Positions 57,816 to 64,000 of a stretch of DNA of 64,000 bases are shown here, in pieces. The notes under the pieces were generated by a model that was given only the letters and a program-made list of their open reading frames with translations, had not been told where the DNA came from and ran no database searches. Numbering within the stretch: the stretch's first letter is position 1; every line of letters begins with the position of its first letter. The stretch is from a virus (taxonomy: Duplodnaviria; Caudoviricetes): the IMG/VR virus record IMGVR_UViG_3300028888_000049; one strand, given 5' to 3'. Made by a program: the position numbers and the translations under genes.

Positions 57816-58247
57816 CTAATTTACATTTATATTAATATCAATATCACGATCTTTAGCAAATTTTAACAAACCTTCTAATCTAGTAGTAAGTTCTTGCTTT
57901 ACAATTTCAATATTTTTCTTTTTCTCACGTTTACGCCAGCATGGAGACTTTGGTGTATTTGAAGGTACAAAATTACCGTTTTCCATTTCAGGTCTATATG
58001 TTTTAAGATAATTACCAATATCATCTAAAGACCAAATATCAGTATGTTCAAGCATTTTAGATGCAACATCAATTACAGCATCTTTAACTGTATATAAATT
58101 ATTTTTTAATATTTTACCATTAACTCGTAAAGATGTTTGAAATACATTACGCTCTCTATTTCTAGATTCAGCTTTATCATAACATACATATTTTGGTAAA
58201 TCATACATACGTTTATTTTTAGTATTAACATTTGATGCAGTAGTCAT
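57816..58247 (-). CDS. hypothetical protein (possible AP2-like N-terminus)
   Basis: LPKYVCYD...FQTSLRVNG; early promoter at 58308. Confidence 0.55.
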   Translation of the reverse strand: MTTASNVNTKNKRMYDLPKYVCYDKAESRNRERNVFQTSLRVNGKILKNNLYTVKDAVIDVASKMLEHTDIWSLDDIGNYLKTYRPEMENGNFVPSNTPKSPCWRKREKKKNIEIVKQELTTRLEGLLKFAKDRDIDININVN

Positions 58248-58321
58248 AGTTTAAGTTCCTTTTCTTTTTATTAAAGATATATATTATATAATATATAAAA
58301 AGTTAAATGTAAAACCAAAAA

Positions 58322-59686
58322 TTAAGCTAAAATATCATCAGGTCCATCGTTTTTAGGTAAATCGTACTTATTTTTGTAGAATGGTCCTACTTTAGCAAGT
58401 ATATCTTTAACTTTTTTACGAATGATTGCTTCTTCAAGGTTAATAGTTCCTTCTGGTACAGTCAAATCTGGGTTTAAGAGAATTTGTGCTATAATTTGTC
58501 CTAATTCAAAACACATATCTTCATTAAAACCTCGTGCTGTAATAGCTGGAGTACCAAGACGAATACCTGTACAATCTGCTGGCTTCAAATCACCTGAAAT
58601 CATATTTTTATTACATATGATGTTATATGACTCTAATAAAGATTCTGCTTGTTTACCAGTAAGACCTATACCTTTCATATCAAGTAAAACCATATGATTT
58701 TCTGAACCACCTGATACAAAACGAATTTTAGATTGTTTATCGTAATCTTTTATACCTTTTATAATAGCTTGCATATTACGATATACTTGTTCTGCATATT
58801 CTTTAAATTCTGGTTTAAGACAGTTTATAAAGCATTGTGCTTTTGCTGCAGTCATAGCATGATTACTTCCTCCAATATTTCCTGGAAATACTGCACTATT
58901 AATCTTTTTTGTATACGCATCATCATTCCAAAGAATTACTGAGCTTCTTGGGCCCAATAAACCCTTGTGGGTAGTAGTAGTTACAACATCAGACCAAATA
59001 GTAGGATCATACTTATCTTTCCACAAGTGTGCTGCGATAAATAAGCTAAAATGAGCCATATCAGTCCAAAGAATACAAGATTTTGGATCAGCATCTGGAT
59101 TATTACTTCCACCTTGATCATAATATACAGATTGATTATAATCATCAACAAGAGAACGTACTTTTTCAAAATCAATACGTCTTGAATATGCAGAATAACC
59201 CATAATCAACAATCTAGGTTTAACTTCATATAATCTTTTTCTAATTTCATCATAATCAATTAATTCATTTATTAATTCATAATTATGGTTTTCATACATA
59301 CGACCAGAATATGTAAATTTACTCCCGTGAGTCAAGTGGGCTCCGAGATTAAGATCCATAGATAATGTTCTATCACCTGGTTTACAAAAAGCATGATATA
59401 CACATGTATTTGCGTTACTACCATTAAATGTTTGAACATTAGCATGTTTAACTCTGAATAATTCACAAGCTTTGTCAATACAGTATTGTTCTACTTTATC
59501 AATTACTTCACATCCAGCATAATGCCTATTTCCAGGTAGACCTTCTGCATAATGTACTGATAATACTGAGCCTTCTAAATCTAAAATATCTTGATTTGGT
59601 AAGCCTTCAGATGCAATAAGACAAATTGTATCATTTAATTTATCAGTTTCTTCATTTACTAATTGCTGTAATTTTGGATCAATCAT
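58322..59686 (-). CDS. glyA: serine hydroxymethyltransferase
   Basis: LIASE, YAEG.PG.R.Y.G, HLTHG, DMAH, TTTTHK.L.GPR, GIRLGTPAIT.RG. Confidence 0.95.
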   Translation of the reverse strand: MIDPKLQQLVNEETDKLNDTICLIASEGLPNQDILDLEGSVLSVHYAEGLPGNRHYAGCEVIDKVEQYCIDKACELFRVKHANVQTFNGSNANTCVYHAFCKPGDRTLSMDLNLGAHLTHGSKFTYSGRMYENHNYELINELIDYDEIRKRLYEVKPRLLIMGYSAYSRRIDFEKVRSLVDDYNQSVYYDQGGSNNPDADPKSCILWTDMAHFSLFIAAHLWKDKYDPTIWSDVVTTTTHKGLLGPRSSVILWNDDAYTKKINSAVFPGNIGGSNHAMTAAKAQCFINCLKPEFKEYAEQVYRNMQAIIKGIKDYDKQSKIRFVSGGSENHMVLLDMKGIGLTGKQAESLLESYNIICNKNMISGDLKPADCTGIRLGTPAITARGFNEDMCFELGQIIAQILLNPDLTVPEGTINLEEAIIRKKVKDILAKVGPFYKNKYDLPKNDGPDDILA

Positions 59687-59882
59687 TATTTTCTTCCTCT
59701 TTCTCAGATTTGATTATTTTTTCTAAAGCATCTTTATATGCATCTTTCTTTGTATAGAATATACCTCCACCAATTAATTCATATTTAGATTTGTCACAAA
59801 ATAAAATACATCTCCATCCACCTATTGGTACAGGATAATAAGAAGCCTTTAATTTTCCACCGCAATTTGGACATTTAGTCAT
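59679..59882 (-). CDS. small zinc-ribbon protein
   Basis: CPNCG; AGGAG RBS. Confidence 0.55.
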   Translation of the reverse strand: MTKCPNCGGKLKASYYPVPIGGWRCILFCDKSKYELIGGGIFYTKKDAYKDALEKIIKSEKEEENND

Positions 59883-60028
59883 TAATCTTCTCCTAATGTT
59901 TTGTTGATTCTTTTTATTATCGTCATTAATTTGTCTTTATATCTAAGATTATCTGCTATCATCTCTTCTGCGTATAAGATTTCCCTGCACTCTTTCGATT
60001 GTTCTTCATTCAAAACTTCAAAATCCAT
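59882..60028 (-). CDS. small hypothetical protein (48 aa, not in ORF track)
   Basis: AGGAG RBS, TAATG coupling at both ends. Confidence 0.55.
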   Translation of the reverse strand: MDFEVLNEEQSKECREILYAEEMIADNLRYKDKLMTIIKRINKTLGED

Positions 60029-60246
60029 TATTTTCTCCTTTTTTCTACTAATTTATTTATGCGTGAATGACAGTTTGGACATCTTTTACCATGTATTTCC
60101 GGAATATAAAATTCATTACAATATGAACAATTATATATTGAAACATATATCCAATCATCATCACTAAATGCTTCATCAGAGCAATCATATATAGCTGGAA
60201 CTCCAATAAATATACGATGTAAAAAATTTTTTATACTTTTAAACAT
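60028..60246 (-). CDS. small zinc-ribbon protein
   Basis: CSYC...CPNC. Confidence 0.55.
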   Translation of the reverse strand: MFKSIKNFLHRIFIGVPAIYDCSDEAFSDDDWIYVSIYNCSYCNEFYIPEIHGKRCPNCHSRINKLVEKRRK

Positions 60247-60548
60247 TAATTTTTCCTCTTTTTTGATAACTCACTAATAATTTCTATAGCCTCATTATAA
60301 TCTTCTACAGCTACAGTCACATCAAACATCGAAGGATTAGCTTGATCTATAGATACAACATATGGTGTTTCAATAGATTTGTATGTATTTAAATCAACAT
60401 CGTCAGTTGTTGTTACTTTTACTGCAATATTAAATGCTTCAAGCTTTTCATCATTTTCAATCAGCTCTTTAATACGTCTAGCAACAGTATATCTGCCGTG
60501 TCCTAATTCTCCGTCTACAATAACGTTTATATTATGCTTTTTAATCAT
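60246..60548 (-). CDS. hypothetical protein
   Basis: Operon ORF. Confidence 0.55.
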   Translation of the reverse strand: MIKKHNINVIVDGELGHGRYTVARRIKELIENDEKLEAFNIAVKVTTTDDVDLNTYKSIETPYVVSIDQANPSMFDVTVAVEDYNEAIEIISELSKKRKN

Positions 60549-60575
60549 TTAAAACTCCATCTTCTATTAATTTAT

Positions 60576-61004
60576 TTATAACCAATCTCGACAAAATAGA
60601 TCATTATAAAATTTTTCAGCTATTTTCAATATTTTATTACTTAATTTAGAAGTGAATTTAAATTGAATCAACATTATATCACCCCATAAATTATCATGAA
60701 ATGGAAAAATTTTATAACTCATAACAATGTCATTTTCATTACAAAAATTTTGTATAGGTTTGATTATTGGATCATTAAAAAGTTTTTTGATGTATCTTTT
60801 AGATGGATCTAGTTTTCTTACATTTACACATTTATATGCTGCTATAAATGTTTCTTTATCTATTGAATAACCATTATAAAATAAAGGTTTTCTAACCATC
60901 TTAAATGATTTTTCATCAATTAAAAAATTATTAATATTTTTTGCCCAATTTGGAATAAGACTATTAAATTCGTTTTCTGGCATATCTATAATTTTATTCA
61001 TCAC
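60576..61004 (-). CDS. hypothetical protein
   Basis: Operon ORF. Confidence 0.55.
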   Translation of the reverse strand: MMNKIIDMPENEFNSLIPNWAKNINNFLIDEKSFKMVRKPLFYNGYSIDKETFIAAYKCVNVRKLDPSKRYIKKLFNDPIIKPIQNFCNENDIVMSYKIFPFHDNLWGDIMLIQFKFTSKLSNKILKIAEKFYNDLFCRDWL

Positions 61005-61204
61005 TTTACCTCAATATTTATATCTTTAATTTTATTCAATAGTTGGCGAGCATTATTCCCAACACTATCATCTCTAATACATAAATCCAATATAAAAGAT
61101 TTCATTAGCTCATCACGCTTTTGTAAATATTCAGTGCACTTAACAACTGTTAAATAATTATTTTTCATTGCTAAAAACTGTTTTAACCAGAAATCCTCAT
61201 CCAT
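61001..61204 (-). CDS. hypothetical protein
   Basis: TAATG-coupled ORF. Confidence 0.5.
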   Translation of the reverse strand: MDEDFWLKQFLAMKNNYLTVVKCTEYLQKRDELMKSFILDLCIRDDSVGNNARQLLNKIKDINIEVK

Positions 61205-61404
61205 TAGTAACACTTCCTGTTTTTTAGTAAATCAGATAATTTAAAACAGATATTTTCTAAAAGCATATCTTTTTCTTCGGATGTTAATTCTGAAATAGAT
61301 TTTATTTCTTTTATTTCATATACAAAATCACTATATTCATCATAATCAAATGAAATATCAATCGTTTTATTTGTTTCTATATCTATAACTTTATAAACAT
61401 CCAT
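61204..61404 (-). CDS. hypothetical protein
   Basis: Operon ORF. Confidence 0.55.
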   Translation of the reverse strand: MDVYKVIDIETNKTIDISFDYDEYSDFVYEIKEIKSISELTSEEKDMLLENICFKLSDLLKNRKCY

Positions 61405-61408
61405 TTAT

Positions 61409-61603
61409 CTAACCTTTTGTTATAACTTCCGCACATTCATATTCACAAGCAACTATATCAGCACAATCATATTCTTCCCACCAGACAGCTTCTTTAATAT
61501 CTTCTGTCTAATGAGAGTCTATTTCATTACAATTTACTGATAATTCCTTTGGATAAACGACTTTACCACTTTTAGTTATAACTTTTACTGTATATTTAGT
61601 CAT
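61409..61603 (-). pseudogene. 64-codon gene with one internal TAG (61508-61510)
   Basis: GAGGA RBS; frame continues past TAG to fill the operon gap. Confidence 0.5.
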
Positions 61604-61927
61604 TTATTCTTCCTCAAAAGCTTTTAAACCCTCAAATTTGTAATAATCTGAATAATCATATTTATTAGCTATATCATCTTTTATCATCCATAATGGAAAA
61701 TGACACCATGTGTTATCTTCTAACATTATAGCAATACATTCATCATCGCTTCTAGGTCTACAAAATACCTGGGATGATTTACACCACCCTATTATCTCTA
61801 ATTTAATATATTTATATCGCCATCTTTCATAATTTGTGCAAAAACCAGTATTCCAGTTTTCATACAAAAATCTATCGCCTGATAACTTTTTTATAACTCT
61901 TTCTTTATCTTTTTCAATATCATTCAT
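61604..61927 (-). CDS. hypothetical protein
   Basis: Operon ORF. Confidence 0.55.
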   Translation of the reverse strand: MNDIEKDKERVIKKLSGDRFLYENWNTGFCTNYERWRYKYIKLEIIGWCKSSQVFCRPRSDDECIAIMLEDNTWCHFPLWMIKDDIANKYDYSDYYKFEGLKAFEEE

Positions 61928-62250
61928 TATAGATATTCCTTATAATTAACTTCAAGCCACTCCTTAAGTTCTGGATTAACTTGTAAGAGTTTTTGAGCTA
62001 AAGCTTTACAATCTGCTTTGAGTTTGATATATTCCTTACAGCTCGGTACTTGTTCAAGAACTTCTATATCATTTTTCATATGAACATTATTAAAACGATA
62101 TTTTTCATTTTTCAAAACCCACCATTCATCGTCTTGCCCTTTATCATGACATTCAGCTTCAAGCATGTAAGCAATATTTTTTGATACACAATAGTATTTC
62201 TTACCCTCAATAAGTTTACCTTTTTTCCAATCTTCTGTTAAATTAGTCAT
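61927..62250 (-). CDS. hypothetical protein (paralog of 62247..62585)
   Basis: MTNLTEDWKKGKL vs MTDLTEKLKKGEL; VL..VPS..EY. Confidence 0.6.
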   Translation of the reverse strand: MTNLTEDWKKGKLIEGKKYYCVSKNIAYMLEAECHDKGQDDEWWVLKNEKYRFNNVHMKNDIEVLEQVPSCKEYIKLKADCKALAQKLLQVNPELKEWLEVNYKEYL

Positions 62251-62585
62251 TTATCTTCTCCTAATACTTGATTTATTTTGGTTAATAATTCTTCACTTTT
62301 AACTTTTCTTTCTTCGTTTCCTCGCACTGTAGAAAAAGTAACATATCTATCAACATAAATTATACACTCTTTCAGCAGTTCTTTGAGTTGTTGATATTCT
62401 TCATAGCTTGGTACTGATGCTAGAACTTGTTCAACGTTAAAATTAACAAAGCTCTTTTCGCTTGGTACTTCGTTGTCTTTATACCATTGAACATACTCAT
62501 CTATATTAGTTTCACCATGAGTTTTAATATAATAATACCCTTCAGACAGTTCACCTTTTTTCAATTTCTCTGTTAAATCAGTCAT
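62247..62585 (-). CDS. hypothetical protein (paralog of 61927..62250)
   Basis: As above; AGGGG RBS. Confidence 0.6.
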   Translation of the reverse strand: MTDLTEKLKKGELSEGYYYIKTHGETNIDEYVQWYKDNEVPSEKSFVNFNVEQVLASVPSYEEYQQLKELLKECIIYVDRYVTFSTVRGNEERKVKSEELLTKINQVLGEDK

Positions 62586-62860
62586 AGCTTTTCCCCTGTT
62601 ATGATTGAGTATTGTCCACATATTTCCCAAAGTTTGTTTTTTATTTTCTTTTTACAAACATCTATACCGATAAGTTCATCGAAATTATATTCATTGATTG
62701 GGAAAGAAGACTCAACAAAAGCAATATTTTCACCATTAGGATATTTAAATACCCATTCAACGATAACACCTTTTTTTAACGATGCTTTTTCCCACACGTA
62801 ATCCACTCTTTCTTCGAAAATTCTATCAATATCTTCAGGTGTATATTTAATATCAGTCAT
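62582..62860 (-). CDS. N4 gp49/Sf6 gp66 family protein (PF13876-like)
   Basis: NG...ESS.....NFDELIGIDVC...KLWEICG. Confidence 0.65.
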   Translation of the reverse strand: MTDIKYTPEDIDRIFEERVDYVWEKASLKKGVIVEWVFKYPNGENIAFVESSFPINEYNFDELIGIDVCKKKIKNKLWEICGQYSIITGEKL

Positions 62861-63059
62861 CTTGTTTTAACTCCTCTACTGGTATCAATCTAATACAATA
62901 GTCATATTCTGTTTTACAATGTGGGCAACAAATACGGCAATTACCTGTAGGCATGTATATATAAACATCATCAATAACACTATATTCAAATTCTTTGCCA
63001 CATTTTTCACATTTTACCTTTTGTTTTTGCTTCATCATAAATTCAGCTATTTCTTTCAT
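62853..63059 (-). CDS. small zinc-ribbon protein
   Basis: CEKCG...CPHC. Confidence 0.6.
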   Translation of the reverse strand: MKEIAEFMMKQKQKVKCEKCGKEFEYSVIDDVYIYMPTGNCRICCPHCKTEYDYCIRLIPVEELKQDD

Positions 63060-63143
63060 TCTTCATCTCCACAATCACAAAAATTTCTCATTATTCGAGA
63101 AATAAGATCAATAATTTTATTAAATATACTCATTCTTAAACTC

Positions 63144-63392
63144 CTACCAAGTTAATGCTTTTATAAAATTATATATATCTTCTGGCTCTTTAACTGCGGT
63201 TTGAACACAAACCATTTCGTCATCATCATCTAACTGCCAAAAGCTTATTCTATAATCAACAACGGATTCACTGAATGTTATGCCTTCTAAATTAGCAATA
63301 TCTTGTATTTGATATACACCTTTTTGCTTCGGGCTTTTTAATACCTTAAAACCATCTTTTTTTAATACTTTTATAAGTTCCTTAAATGTCAT
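63144..63392 (-). CDS. hypothetical protein
   Basis: Operon ORF. Confidence 0.55.
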   Translation of the reverse strand: MTFKELIKVLKKDGFKVLKSPKQKGVYQIQDIANLEGITFSESVVDYRISFWQLDDDDEMVCVQTAVKEPEDIYNFIKALTW

Positions 63393-63598
63393 TCCTTAAA
63401 CTCCTTTGAGTTAACAGCTTCTTGCCAACTAGGATATTCTGCAATTAGCTTATCATCATAATTATCCATCATAGAAGAAAGCGAATATTCCATAGAATAA
63501 CCATTATTATAAAGTAAATATATATTATACATTCCCATATATGTAATGATGTATCTTGAACCATATGGTGTTTTATATACCTGTCCTACTTTTATCAT
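63389..63598 (-). CDS. hypothetical protein
   Basis: Operon ORF. Confidence 0.55.
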   Translation of the reverse strand: MIKVGQVYKTPYGSRYIITYMGMYNIYLLYNNGYSMEYSLSSMMDNYDDKLIAEYPSWQEAVNSKEFKE

Positions 63599-63897
63599 TC
63601 TTCATTCTCCAATAAATTTAAGTTCAGGCTTTTCATTATTTCTAACATATTTTCAAAAGGCACATTCGTTTCTATTAAAGTAGGGTATTTATCTATATCA
63701 TTATAATCACAAAATATAGCATTACATTTTTTATAGAATGTCAAAGGTATATCTTCATTAGCTAAAAATTCATCATACTTAAAGGTAAAGTAATACCATT
63801 CTTTTCCTTCACATTTTATATCTACTTCTTCTTTAGCTGGAGTAATTAAAATCCAACCATATTTAATAGCTTTTTTAACTAATTCTTCCCAAGTCAT
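63595..63897 (-). CDS. hypothetical protein
   Basis: GGAGG RBS. Confidence 0.55.
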   Translation of the reverse strand: MTWEELVKKAIKYGWILITPAKEEVDIKCEGKEWYYFTFKYDEFLANEDIPLTFYKKCNAIFCDYNDIDKYPTLIETNVPFENMLEIMKSLNLNLLENEE

Positions 63898-64000
63898 TCT
63901 TTATCCTCCAATATTTATATAATTCGATTATAATTATTCTAAGATCTTGTTTTATTTTTTAAAACATAATTTTCGTCACCACCAAATCTTTTACCGAGTG

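Noticed and set aside
2544-63155. Opposite-strand or nested short ORFs in the track (e.g. 2544, 12580, 18810, 19104, 20288, 25989, 27001, 29760, 30719, 30940, 31708, 32180, 32331, 34934, 45279, 47050, 50006, 51819, 54549, 54742, 58422, 58733, 58981, 59901, 62601, 62919)
   Set aside because: They overlap well-supported genes and show no recognisable motifs.
1-64000. Alternative genetic code (TAG or TGA reassignment)
   Set aside because: Long conserved genes are intact in code 11, TAG and TGA end genes at expected positions, and no suppressor tRNA was seen; only one internal TAG was found.
1-64000. CRISPR array, rRNA or IS element
   Set aside because: No repeat-spacer periodicity, rRNA-like tract or transposase seen by eye.

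Overview
64 kb of a very AT-rich large dsDNA phage genome using the standard genetic code. Genes run mostly on + from 1.7-28 kb and mostly on - from 28-64 kb. No capsid or tail genes were recognised. Content: (i) replication and nucleotide supply (family B DNA polymerase with a C-terminal primase-like domain, NAD+ DNA ligase, RecA, split class III RNR NrdD plus NrdG, ThyA, dUTPase, dCMP deaminase, dNMP kinase, SHMT); (ii) a trifunctional kinase-phosphatase-RNA ligase; (iii) host-like regulators (ClpP, Clp ATPase, Hsp20, receiver domain, GapR, alpha-CTD-like protein); (iv) several homing endonucleases; (v) a 36.5-40.3 kb RNA island with 7 tRNAs and several structured non-coding RNAs. GapR and a ROSE-type thermometer suggest an alphaproteobacterial host, probably anaerobic or microaerobic (inference). 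Main finding: a 19-codon leader ORF (38737-38796, -) has ten consecutive Tyr/Gln/Ser/Pro codons. It is followed by mutually exclusive antiterminator/terminator hairpins and then by exactly the tRNA-Ser, -Pro, -Tyr and -Gln genes. This looks like a ribosome-stalling attenuator that switches on phage tRNAs when those tRNAs are depleted. All family calls are by-eye motif recognition, not database searches.
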